Shown here: piece by piece, positions 9,725-22,600 of the stretch
Layout of the letters: each line of letters opens with the position of its first letter
How positions within the stretch are numbered: position 1 is the first letter of the stretch
Assembly (NCBI GenBank): GCA_016748015.1
Contig: JAAOMT010000494.1
Coordinates: 798,190 to 862,189 of the forward strand
Direction: 5' to 3'
DNA length: 64,000 nucleotides
Source of the DNA: Geosiphon pyriformis uo1
Taxonomy: Eukaryota > Fungi > Glomeromycota
Program-made: the position numbers and the translations under genes
Notes under the pieces: generated by a model
What the model saw: the letters and a program-made list of their open reading frames with translations, nothing else
What the model was told of the DNA's origin: nothing
Database searches by the model: none

Positions 9725-11611
9725 CTGACTATCTTACAAAGTAGATAGAAGCAAGAGCCACTTCAGACCAAACAGCAGTCTCAATAGCCAATTTTATTTA
9801 TAAAAATATTATCTGCCATTATAACTGTCTCAAAGAACTTTTGTCTGATAGAGAAAGAGCTTTTCTTAGTACACTGGTTGAAAAACTTTGCAGAAAAATG
9901 AAAATACATCATAAACTTTCTTCCCTATATCACTCCTAAACAAATGGCCTAGTAGAATATTTCAATAGAATACTATGTGAAACCCTAGCCAAAACCAGTG
10001 AAAAAACAAACTTATAGGACAAAATACTGTCTTCAGCTTTGTTTGTTTATAGAACTGTAAATCATGACATAACAAGTTATGAACCTTTTTATCTGTTTTA
10101 TGAACACATGGCAACATTACCAATAGAAATTAACATTGAGACAATACTCTTTGAAAAAATTACAATAGGAAATTACAAAAACATTTTGCAAAGAAGACTT
10201 GGTACTATTCTTGACTCCTTGGTAAAAGCACAAATAATTGCTTTTAAAAAGATAAAACAGTTCCAAGAAAAGCTTAAGAAAAAAAAAACCTATAAAACAT
10301 TTTCTTTAAGTGTTGGTAACTTGGTATTAGAATATCATTCAGACAGAGACAATGTTTATAATAATAAATTTTCTAGCCAGTGAAAAGAATCTTTTATAGT
10401 CAACAAAGTTTTGAACAATGGTTTTTATATTCTTTAAGATCAATTCAGAACAATCTTTAATGATCATTCTGTTTATGATACATGACTCAAGAAATATTAT
10501 AAACGACCTGATTGGCTGCCTGTTGTGGTAATACCGACTCAAATAATCAGCAAAAATCAAGTATAAATAAATGCATCATTCTCAAAACAGAGGTATTTTT
10601 AATCGACATGAACAATTATTTTCTGGATTAAAATATTCAAAATGCCTTCTATACTCTCCATAAGTATTGGATCAAAAACTATCCAAATGCTACTCTGACC
10701 ATTGGAAAACAAACCACCATAATTGATAACAGTAGAACATATACTGTTATTAGACCAAAGAAAACTACTCTCAGAAGAGAAAGAATTGGTAGTAAAATGA
10801 ATAAATATTTATTGGAAAGTATAACAGCAGCTATACTTCTACCTTCCAACACAATTGGAAAAACACTTTAAGAAATCTTACTTATAAACAAAAACTTGTT
10901 ATATGGAAGGCAATTAAAACTCTATGGTCACCTTGGTAAAATCATAGAAGATATAAAACTCATAAAAAAAACAACTTCAGAGATACAGACAGAAATTTTG
11001 GGCATTATACAGTTAGATGTTTCAAGAGTTTTAACTATTGCTAAAAGAGCCAAAACTCTAATACAAAGATTTGGTCTCTTGAATACAAAACTCATTTCAC
11101 TTCAAATATTATATACCCTATCTACAAAAAACTTCAACAAACTAATTAGCTTTGAGTTAGATAAAACTCTTCAAATAGATTACACCATAAATAGCTTGAT
11201 TTTGCTGGAGCTCAATCTCTTTGAAAAGGATAATGTTATGGTTGAAACTTATACTTTTTATTAATTATCACATGTATTAGCCATTAATGTCACATAAATT
11301 AGCCACTTTATTTTTAGAAAGTAATCATTGACCTAATTATTGACCTAGTTGTTGACTTAATCATTGACCACTTTTGACAGCTATATAAGCAATAAATCTC
11401 TTAGCTGTAGAAAAGTATGTAGAAATTAAGGAAATCAAATAAATAAAATAACAACTTTAATCTTTTTCTTATAAACATCTTAGGATAAAAGATTACTTAT
11501 TGGTTATTTTCTACCCTTTTCTTGAAACATATAATTGCAGCATTTGAAGATTATTAAATAAAACATGACTGAAGAGTACATCTGATATCTAATATTAAAT
11601 TCTAAGAGCAC
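9725..11611 (+). mobile_element. Gypsy element C, 3' portion (IN to ~10566, ORF3 10608-11264, first part of 3' LTR 11234-11611)
   Basis: Colinear with the reverse complement of element G (42619-44790). PPT gaaaaggataa followed by TGTTATGG. The LTR is split by element D. Confidence 0.9.
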
Positions 11612-13724
11612 TGTTATGGGTAAACTTGGCAGGATATGGTGGTAATGTTTGGTGCTTTATTTTTGAGTTATCTTTCAAGGTTGTCTGCTTTTTTCACCAT
11701 GTCAGTGTTATCAGTCTCTGAAAGTCTATTTCTGGATATGAATTTACCCATTGAGTTCTTTGATTATAAGACACAGAGTTTGTCTTTTGTTAATTACAAC
11801 ATTTTCCACAATTGTAAGTTTTTTTTTTCTGCACTAATGAGCACAGTCATTAGGATCTGGCTTTGTTTTTTTGTTTTTTTGGTAAGCTACCAAGATAATA
11901 TTAATATCCAAAACTTAGGAGGAGCTTTCCTCTTTTACCAGGCTATCACAAAGTTTATTCCAAAACAGTCAATTTTTTTATGTTGCTGCTCCAAACAAAA
12001 AAAAAAAAAAATTAAAGAAAGAAAAAAAAAAAAAAAAAGAAAGAAAAAGAATTAGTTCCTGTCAATTGCCATAATCAAGAGTGATTGGTCCAAATTGTTA
12101 ATATTTAAGGCATTTATGCTAATGGCATCTGTCCCAAAATGAAGGTAGAAAATACTGATTTCGATTTTTAATTGAAATCTATAATATTGGTAAACATGAA
12201 GTGGTAATTTGGATTTCTTTTTGGTTTTTGATATTTTATTGTATTTCAAACTATGAATATATGATAAATATAATACAAAGTAAAATTAATTGCTAATTAA
12301 CTGTCTTTTCAACTTCTACAACTACTTGCTTTTATACATTCTTTTGGTTTTACAAAATTGCTTTCAATTGTTTCACTATTGCTAATTATTGTTTATGTTT
12401 GCTAGCTATTGCTCGTGTTTGTTCTGTGTTATCTTAAGTTGTACTATGTTTTTCTTGTTACATTTCTTTGTCATGTTTTTCTATAGCTTTTTGGTTTTTC
12501 TATTTAGGTAACATTATCTCTCCCTTTTTAAAATTAAGCTTCTGCAAAATCATCTATTTCAGCCAAGTTTGTGTTTTCCATAAAGAACTCGAATGTTGTC
12601 TTTAGTATTGCTTTTTGTAAAACTTCAAATTGGGTGTTTGTCATCTGTCCTATGTTGTTGAATGTGATAGTTTTCAGAGTTTTGTCTAGTAGTACTATTG
12701 AACAGTATTTAAATGCTGAATGTAATCAATATGTTGTTTTGTAATATAGGTTTAAGTTGTTTCTTCCCACGAATTCTTTTACTTGTCTGTGGGCTTCTTT
12801 GTTGATCATTTGATGATTAAAGTCTTTGTATGGGCTATTTAATCTTAATTGCAACCCAATTTTAAATAGCCAATAGACAAGTGAAAGTTTTTTTTTCCAT
12901 TTTTTCATGTTTTTAGGTGTCCATTCTTCTGTTATTGGCTCTGGTGTTTGTCTGTTCAGTCCCTCTCTTATTTCCTCAATTCTCACCTGACACAGTTCTA
13001 TTTCTGTTACCTTTCTCTTCTTCTTAGTTGTGTCAGGTTCTATTCACACCATATCTTTTTTTTTTATAAGGAGAGGTTTGCTTGTAAGAGTGTAACAGCT
13101 TAGTTTTAGTTGAACTCTCATCCACCCCTTTCTTGCTCCTATCCCTGTATTGTATCTCTTTTTTATCAATTGTGATTTTTATTTGAGTGGAAGATTGTTG
13201 AATTGTGTCAAACAGTTGTTTCAAAAGTTGTAGAATTTGATCTGAAAGGTCTATGTTGAAAAAAGTTCTATCATTTTCTCGTTGTTTTCTGGGTGGTATA
13301 TATACTTAAATTTTCCAATTTAATTTGCTATGTGTTGTTTACATTTCAATGATGATGATTGGTTTCAGATTTCATGGTATATCTTCTAGTCTAATTAATG
13401 GAATTTGTGTTTCTAGTTGATGTACTGATAATGATGACTGTTGTTTTATATGATAAATTTTTAATTGATTCTCATGAGCTACTTTTTTTAAAATTCTGTT
13501 TTCCAATTGTAATTTGTAAGCTCCATTTCCTAAAGCTTCGTGTATGTAGAATGGGCCATCCTATTTTGGGTCAAACTTTTCATTTCATTGTTTCTCTACT
13601 TTTGTATAATGTAACAGTACTTGGTTTCCAGTCTTAAATTTCATTGGTTGTTTAGTTAGGCAAATGTCATGTCTTTTTTTTTGTTATTCTTGAGCATTAC
13701 TGATATTGTTAGCTGCTATTCTAT

Positions 13725-14474
13725 TGTTATGGGTTGGAGTAACAAGCTAATGGTTAGCAAGGGAGAACAGTATTGTATGGTGATGGAAATAAACAAAGAG
13801 GAAATTACAATAAGAGAGCAAATTGAATAAGTAGGAATTCAATGTGCATGATCAGTCTCATAAAAATCACAGTCACTAATCTTTTCTTAAATCTAAAGGT
13901 AGAGAAATAGTCCATGATTGTCAACAAGATAACACCACTGCTATTATTCTATGTCTCAACTCGGCAATTCTTAGAATCAATAACAGGTATCATTGTGCTT
14001 TTCAATCATTTCTTTATTCAATGAATTACAAGAGCAAGCCAATTGCTTCTCAGGCTAATTCTAACAAATACAAATCAAGAAGAGGAAAAAATAAGGTATG
14101 TGAATGCCAACAAGTAGATACTTGAAGATAAGGAAAGGAGAATAAGCAATTATGAAAGGAAGTAATTGATATTGTTTATTTCGTTACTTTGATCATGTCT
14201 TTCTACAGCTAAAGGAATCATTACTTATATAGCTATCTAAAGTGGTCAATGACCAGGTCAACAATCAGGTCAATAATCAGGTCAATGATCAGGTCAATGA
14301 TCAGGTCAATGATCAGGTTATTGATCAGGTTAATGATCAAGTCAATGATCAGGTCAATGGTCAGGTCATTGATTAGGTCAACGATCACTATCTAAAAATA
14401 AGATGGCTAATTATATGACATCAGTAGCTAATACATGTGATAACTAATAAAAACTATGGGTTTTAACCATAACA
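13725..14474 (-). mobile_element. Solo LTR of family C (variant) inserted in the integrase of element D
   Basis: TGTTATGGG...ACCATAACA flanked by a perfect CTAT/CTAT TSD. Flanks rejoin to match E 34621-34670. Confidence 0.93.
14245..14388. repeat. 12 x 12-bp tandem array (GTCAATGATCAG) in U3 of family C LTR
   Basis: Directly visible. About 4 copies at ~11322-11369, 8 at ~43151-43246 and 8 at ~50137-50232. Confidence 0.95.
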
Positions 14475-17400
14475 CTATGATTGTTTTCTAATATTTCTAT
14501 TAGCTGGTACATTCTTTGGCATAAGATAGCTTCAAAATTTTTTTCATTGATAGTTTCTGTTGGGTAGAACACTATTTCTCATTCAATAGATAACGTTGCT
14601 TTTTTTCCATAGACTAATTCAAATGGTGTAAACTGTGTCATATTTTGCTTTAATATTTGATATACAAAGAGTACAGAAGATATGAATAAGTCTCATTCTT
14701 GTTTATTTTCATAACTTATTTTTGCTAATGCTTCACATAATGTCCTGTTAAACTGTTCTACCAGTCCATTTGTTTGTGGGTAATATGATGACAATAGAGG
14801 TTGTTTTATACCAAAATGTTGACTCAATTCAGTTAATGTAGTATTAACAAAATGTGTTTTTTGGTTTAATAACAGTTTTTTCAGACATCTATGTCTGCAT
14901 ATTAGATCTTAGTATACAAATTTGGCTACTGTTTTGGCGTTAGCTACTTGAATTGCTTTGGCTTCTGGCCATTTTGTAAAGTAGTCTACAGCTACTGCGA
15001 TGTAATAATTTTTTTTAGATGTAATTGAGAAAGGACCAACCAAATTGATTCTGATTCTATTAAATAGATTTCTAACTAGAATGGATTGAAGTGGTTCTAT
15101 TATTCTGGCTCCTCCTTTTTGCTGGCATGAGTCACAATTGAAAACATATTCGAAGATATCCTTATATATTGTAGGCTAATAATATAGATTTGTTGTTCTT
15201 TTCAAAGTCACGTCTTTGTTGAAATGTTCTGCAGTTGGGTCAAAATACATACTATATAATATAGCTTCTTTTTCATGGTCTTTGATCAATCATTGTGGAG
15301 TGGTGTGGTTTTGTCATTCTCGATGATAAAGTTGGTTATTTTGAATAAAGTAATTTTGTGCTTGTTTCCATATGGTATTTTGTTTCTGTTGAAATAATAT
15401 CTTCTTGAAATGTAGTGTCAATAAGTACTGATGTAATTGCTAATAAGTAAGTGTGTTCATAAGTCCAAGATTAAGTTTGTGGTATCCTCAACAAACTGTT
15501 GGCATTGGTGTTTTTGGATCCTTCCTTGTAATGAACTTTGAGTGGAAATTGTTACAAATAAGTACTCCATCTTGCACATTTTCCTTCCAGTTGTGGATTA
15601 TTGAGTAATCAAATAAGTCTTTTATAATTGGTATATAGGTCAAATAGTTGTCTGAGGTAGTATTTCCATGTTTGTATGGCCCAATAAATAGTGAGACATT
15701 CCAAATTTGTTGTGCTATATATTTTTTTTATTGGGCTGGTACTATGACTGACATAGGCAATTGGATGTTCTCTTCTGTCTGGTCTTATTTGTGATAATAC
15801 AGCTCCTAGTGTATTTTTTGATGCATCTGTAGTGACAATGAATCATTTGGTGAAGTTGGGATAGATCAGTATTGGAGATGTGATTAATTGCTGTTTAAGA
15901 TAGTTGAAGGTTTTTTGTTGCTCTTTCTTCTACAGGTACAGCATGTATTTAGACAACAAATAATGAAAAAATTTTGCAATAATTGAGAATTCTTTGATGA
16001 ATTGGCAATTGTATTCAGCCAATTCTAAAAATTTTCATAGCTTTTGTAGGTTAATTGGGGCTGGAAAATCCTTGACCTTTTGGATTTTGTCTGAGTTGGG
16101 TTTTACTCCATCTTTGCTGATCACATGTCCTAAAAATTTCAGTTTGGTTTTTCCGAAGAAACATTTATCAGGGTTGAGTTTCAATCTGGCACTTCAAAAG
16201 CATTCAAAGACTTGTTGCAGGTAAAACAAATGTTCGTCAAATGTTTCTGAAAAGACATTGGTGTTATCCAAATATATTATGACTGATTTCCATAAGATTC
16301 CTTTATACACAACATCCATAAGACATTGGAAGATAGCAGAAGCATTGCACAGTCCAAAAGGCATCACATTGAATTTAAAGTTTCCATTTCAGATGGTGAA
16401 TGCTGTTTTCTCTTTGTCTTTCAGGTCTATTTTGACTTGCCAATATCCACTGGCTAGATCTAGTGACAAGAACTATTTTTTTTTTCCTAAGTTGTCTATG
16501 ATTTCTTAGATAAGAGAAGTAAGATAGCTATCTTCTTGGGTAATGCTATTTAATTTCTGGTAATCTACACAAAATTATACCTTTCTGTTCTTTTTTGTGA
16601 CTAAAACCACTGGAGAAGACCAAGAGCTTAATAATTCTTTAATCAGTCCATTGTCAAGCATTTATTGTATTTCTTGCTTAATCAGATTATTGCCAGATAG
16701 GAGTACTTGATAAGCTTGCTGTTTAATAGGTCGAACATCTCCAGTGTTAATCTGGTGTTTCATGATGTCAGTGCATCCAAACTTATTTTTACTAGCAAAA
16801 ACATTGATGTATTGGTTCAATAGAATCTTAAGTTGCATTTGCTGTAAAATGCTTAGGTTTTCCAAATTGAGTTTATTAATTTTTTTTGGCATTGTTATCT
16901 GAGTAGAAAAACTGATTCAAAGTTAGGAAGTAATGTGACCAGAATGTGACATAGTACAAAATAGTGCACAATAACGTTGAATAATATATTATAACTTAGG
17001 ATAGTGTAAGATAATGCATTATAATACAGAATAACACAGAATAACATATAATAATACCAAATAATGTGTTATAATGTAAGATAACTAGTAATAACATAGA
17101 AGAGTAAAGCAATAACAGAAATAACAAAGCAATAGTTAGCAATAACAAAACAATCAGAAGCAATCCTATAAAACCAAAAGAAAGTATAAAAGCAAGTAGT
17201 TGTAGTAGATAGAAAGACAGATAAATACAAACTACTAAACAAGAATCAAATTTCCATACTCTTTCATCAATTATATTCCATATTCATCTTCTAAAATAAA
17301 TCAATTATTAAAAAATCAGAATTATGAATTCATGTTCTCGAACTTTGTGAAATTTATGTAAATTAATCATTGTTTTGTATCTTTGTTCCAAAACAGATGT

Positions 17401-17933
17401 TCTTAGCATAACTGCCTTAAACTATTAACAATTTTCTGATCAATTGTTCTTGATTATGATGATTGACAATACTAATTTATCTTTCTTTTTATTTTCTTTC
17501 TTTCTTTGCTTTTATTTTCTTTCTCTTTTTTTATTTTTTTTCTTGAGAAGTGGCAACATAGTAAAATCAACTGTCTAGAAATAGACTTTGTGATAGCCTG
17601 GTAAAAAAGGGAAGCTTCCCCTAGGTTTTGGATATTAACATTATCTTGATAGCTTACCAGAAGGGTAAAAAAACAACACTAGACCCTAATGACTGTGCTC
17701 GTTAGCTCAAAGGAGAAAGCTCATCTTTATAAGAAGTTGCAATCAGTGAGAACCAAAACTTTGTGTTTTATAACCAAAGAACTTAATGGATAAATTCACA
17801 ACCAGTAAAATAAGACCTTCAGAGACTGATAATCAAGAATAAGCCAATAGAATTATGCCAAAGATGTATTACCAACTATTGAGAGCACCAAACATTACCA
17901 TTCTCATATCCCACCAAGTTTATCTGTAACATT

Positions 17934-17949
17934 TGGTGCTCTCTGTGAG
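17934..17949 (+). promoter_or_regulatory. Primer binding site TGGTGCTCTCTGTGAG (element E)
   Basis: Lies 2 nt after the 5' LTR and begins TGG (complement of tRNA CCA). Related sequences at 19649, 41295(-), 49598(-) and 50805(-). Confidence 0.85.
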
Positions 17950-19690
17950 ATTATAAATCCACAAAAACAGAGCACTCCAGAGATACACAAAAGTGGTGAC
18001 TATTAGAACAATAGAAAAGAACCATTCCTTGTATGAAAGAGCACTATTTCAATACTTTTAAAAAAATCTAGGAATACTAGCAGAAACCACCATCACAAAA
18101 AGTGATTTTTGCAACTATATCAACACAAAAATCAACTGCTTGTTAGGCCACATAACTGATACAGGAAGACTTGAAAAACAAATCCATCAAAGCTTACTAG
18201 GGTACTCAACAACTACTATTACTCAAGCAATTGCTGAAACTCTATGCATAGTTGATACAAACATTAAACACTACATAACAAAACAATTCTCTCAAATACA
18301 ACAACCAGTAGAATCTGATCCGGAGGAATACAAGTACAGATCCAATAATCTCACAACTGCCCAAGACAAGTCCATGATTAACAAAAAACCAAGGTTCCTC
18401 TCTCTAACAATTCCATCATATCATCAGACACTTCAAAGTAGTATTGTATTCAATCCACCTCTGGAAACCCTAGAAATTCACACCTTTGGGGTCAACAAAG
18501 TTGGACCAAATCATTAGAAGAATATGGATTGCTGTTTAAAAATCTTATCCCAACAGCTGGTTAAACAGAAAGAAACATGTCAACTTGGGAACAACCATCA
18601 GCACAAAACCCAATAGAATCAGCATTTCCCCTAATAGAAGAAACAGCTATCTTACAACCTATTGGTTTAAGCAATGTTACCAGTAGAATTTTAGTTATTA
18701 ATTAGCATGAAATTACTCTTATAATTCCTATAATTAATTAGTATATTAATATTATTTCAAATTATCATTTATTATTTAATCAATTATTACATATCATGAT
18801 TCAATCAAAATAATCTAATTAGTATAACAGAAAGTAGGATGATCAAATTACACAATACTCTGAACTTTGTAATATTCAAAAATTCGCCGAAATTTACAGA
18901 AATTCGCCGAAATTATGAATAGTTCACCCAAATTAATCAATAGTTCAGCAAAATAACTTGTAGTTCATCAAAATGTATTTTTAATTTGCCGAAATTTAAG
19001 CAAAGAGAAAAAGTGCAAATTCATAGACTAGTACTACAACAAGTTGTATAAAAGAAGAGCTTTTCTCTTCAAGAAAATATATCTTACTTTAGATTTATTA
19101 CTTAGAACCATTCCTACATACACAAAAAAAAATAAATATCAAATAATTTGAAAAACCAAATTCTTTAATTATTGCACTTGGAAAATTCCCAAAACCCAAC
19201 TAATGTTTTGAAATTGATTAGCTACCAATTTCAGTAAACTGTTAGTGACTCCAGGCCTGGATAAAAAATGCTTTTCTTGATAAAATCCTATTTTTTTTAC
19301 ATTTCTTTTATTTTTCTTTTCTTTTCTTATTACAATCATTAGGGTAGCCTACAGATGAAATTCCTATAGAAGAGTTGACTTTCACAGCAAAGTAACTACA
19401 CATTTTTAGTGAGCTTCCAGACGAGCAATTCCTGGGAAAAAGTTAATGTTTACTACAACATAACTACACAAAGTAACTGGCATGGAATTGGCCATTCCAC
19501 TTATAAGCCCAGCAATTCAAATTATAGGAGATAATTTGAAGATAAATTCAGTTACTGGAGGTTCAACTACTTCCTGAAAACATGAATTCACAGCAAATCA
19601 ACATTACCAACATTTAAGAAAAAAGACCAAAAACCTCTGGTAACATTTGGTGCTCTCTCATAGAAATAACACAGCAACAACAAATTCAAA

Positions 19691-22600
19691 GTGATGACCA
19701 CACCAAACACAGCAACTTTAGAGTATTACCAGTCAATTTACACCCACTGCAAGCAAAAATTCAACACTCCAGACGGAATTGAAGTTGTCAAGAAATCAGT
19801 ATACCAATACATTGAAAACCGCATCAACAATTATCTTTTTGGAAACTACAACATTTCAGAAGTTAGAAGCAACCTCTACAATAATTTAGTGCACTATTCA
19901 CAATTGGAAACAGAAGACCTGAACAGTAAAACACTTGCTACCTACTTCCAAGAACTTAATTTTAACATTATTGAGTATTGTGAAGAAAAATACCCAGTAC
20001 AATGTAAATACTCTTTTGACTTTGAATCAGAAACAGAAACAAGCAACAAAAACAAACAAAGATTGAAGCAATACTCAAGAACCACTCCAAACACTCCAAT
20101 ACTACAAAAGACACCTGCCAAACACTTGCAAACACCTGAACAAGGAACTAGTATCAAATTACCACTTTCTATTACACCATTTCCAATTTCACTTGTTCAA
20201 CCACAAACACCAAATTTACCACTCAACTGTTTCTCCAGACCAGAAGATTTTCAGTCACCTAGAAATCCTACTCAACAGCAGGAACCAATATCAACAAGTG
20301 CCAATATCATTGATTATTTACTAGAAAACGAAAGTAATCATTCAGAAAGCTTGGAAAGTAAAGAAACTGAATCAGAACCAGAAGAAATTCCAGAAAACGA
20401 AAAAAAAATGGCAACTGCTTACATTGCAAAAATTCCAGAATTTACTGGTGAAGACAATGATACCAGTCCTCAAGAATGGCTTGACAAAGTTCAAAAAGCA
20501 GGAGATGCAAATGGTTGGATTGCAGCAAGAATGCTTAAAGCAATTCCCTACTTTCTCCAAAGAACAGCAGAAGAATAATTTGAAAATTTAGAAGAACCAT
20601 TTGAAAACTGGCAAGCATTCAAAGATGCTTTTCTACAACAATTTACTGACAACAATACCTCTATCACTCTCAGAAACTGCTTTCACAATATCAAACAAGA
20701 AACATTTGAAACTGTTATGACCTATCTTGGAAGATTTAACAAACTTCTTAGATGAATCCGACAATTGGAAACCAATGACTACTATTCTGATGCTCAAATT
20801 CTAGATCAGTTTATAGTAGGGTTAAAAGACAAACTGATTAAGAAAGTCCGTCCACATGCTCCAGCAGACTTAGCAACTGCTATTAGACATGCAAAAAGCT
20901 ATGAAATGGCAATAGAAGAAGCAAATCACACCAAGCTTGTAAACCTTGCAATTGGAGAAACCAGCTCAGCAGCTGAAGAGAAGATAGACCAACTTACAAA
21001 AAAAGTTGAAAGCTACTTCACAAACCAACAACAACCACAAAGATATCAACCCCCACAATGACACAACCAAAACAATTTTGGATCACCATCCAACAGCCAA
21101 TCTTAAAATTGTCATTATTGTGGAATTCCAGGACACTGGAAATGAGATTGTAAAAAATTACAAAGAGACCAACAAAACAGGAGTAATCAACGTTACTCTT
21201 CATCACAACAATCCTATTACCAATCTCCACCACCAACCTATTATTCACCAAGACCACATAATCAAAACAGTTATTATTCACCAGCTCCCACAACCAATGC
21301 AGCAACAATATTAGCAATCTTTACCAATTCAGCCATATCAAACACCACCCACTCAACAATATCAAGTACCAGCAAGAAGATTGGTTCAACATAACCAATT
21401 TACACCCCAAAATCAATTGCAGAGTAACCACAACAGAATCAATTCAAATAACCAGTTGGTTCCCTGAAATTCTGATCAGCAAAGACCTAATCACTATTAC
21501 ACTCAACCCAGTTATCTTACAATACCAGAGGAATCGGATTTTCAACAAACTGTACTTTCTGAAGGTGAAGTTGCAGCACCAAGATCAAACTCTTCCAACC
21601 ACACCATTCCACCAGCTCAAATTGCCCAAAATGCCAATCTGTCAGATATATTTCTATTTGAATTTGAAGCAAATGAATCACCATTTCTGCTTAGTAATGC
21701 AGCAGTCAATGAACAGAAAGCAATTACTGCTATGTACACAGAAGCTATAGTGGAAGGAAAACCCATTTGCTTAATCTTAGATAGTGGATCAGCTGGAAGT
21801 ATCATCACTTACCAGCTGATGCAACAACTTAAACGAAACATAGACAGACCAGCTCAAACAGTTATTGTCACAGCTGATGGTATGAAGAAGACTCCAGTAG
21901 GAGAAATTGATGACTTCCCCTTTACAATTGATGGAATCACCATTCCAGTTAAAGTTCTTGTTATGGATGCACCCCAATATCAAGCTCTAGTCGGAAATGA
22001 TTGGCTTCTCAAGACCAATGCAAACCTAAACTGGAAAACTCAAGAACTTAAAATCTCATACCAAGGACAATATACCATAGTACCTGCAACCTGTGGTACC
22101 TTTAACAAACAATCAGAAAAAGCTCCAGTATTTGAATTTGAAGAAGAGAAGAAAATGCCACTCATTGAAACCTACATGGCTCTTAGATTACCATTCAATT
22201 GGGCTGAGAAAACAGAACAAGAGATTTTTAAAGAATCAAGAGGATGGAAAAAAGTTAGATATTCCACACCAGAACCACAAAAAGAACTACCATACATTCC
22301 ACTAAAATGCAAAGATTGCAAAAAGAAGCTTTCATCTATGAGAGTCTGTATCTCCTCAGAAAAGGAATACAAAACTCGCACTTATTTCTGCAAAGCATGC
22401 CATAGAGAACGATTTGAATCCCCAAAAAGAAGTGAAAAATGGGACAAAACTCCTTGCCTCACATGTAGAGAAATGCTACCAAAAGAATGCAATTGGATTG
22501 ATGTAGCAATAAGAGGAGGAGTATGTGATCAAACCTGTTAATATGCTTTATCAATTTCGGAAAAAGTCAGAAGAAGAACACCATTTGATGCAGCATACAA

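Noticed and set aside
14245-14388. Regular repeat array resembling CRISPR
   Set aside because: Head-to-tail 12-mers without spacers, inside a eukaryotic LTR, with no cas genes.
17684-17722. CTAATGA...GAAA resembling a hammerhead ribozyme core in the family D LTR
   Set aside because: All copies have CTAA rather than CTGA, and the segment pairs as a simple hairpin (CTAAYGA/TCRTTAG). Hammerhead stems could not be built.
21280-21300. Frame change between gag and pol in A2 as a programmed frameshift
   Set aside because: It is a 1-nt insertion (GCTCCCACA vs GCTCCACA in A1). A1 has gag and pol in one frame.
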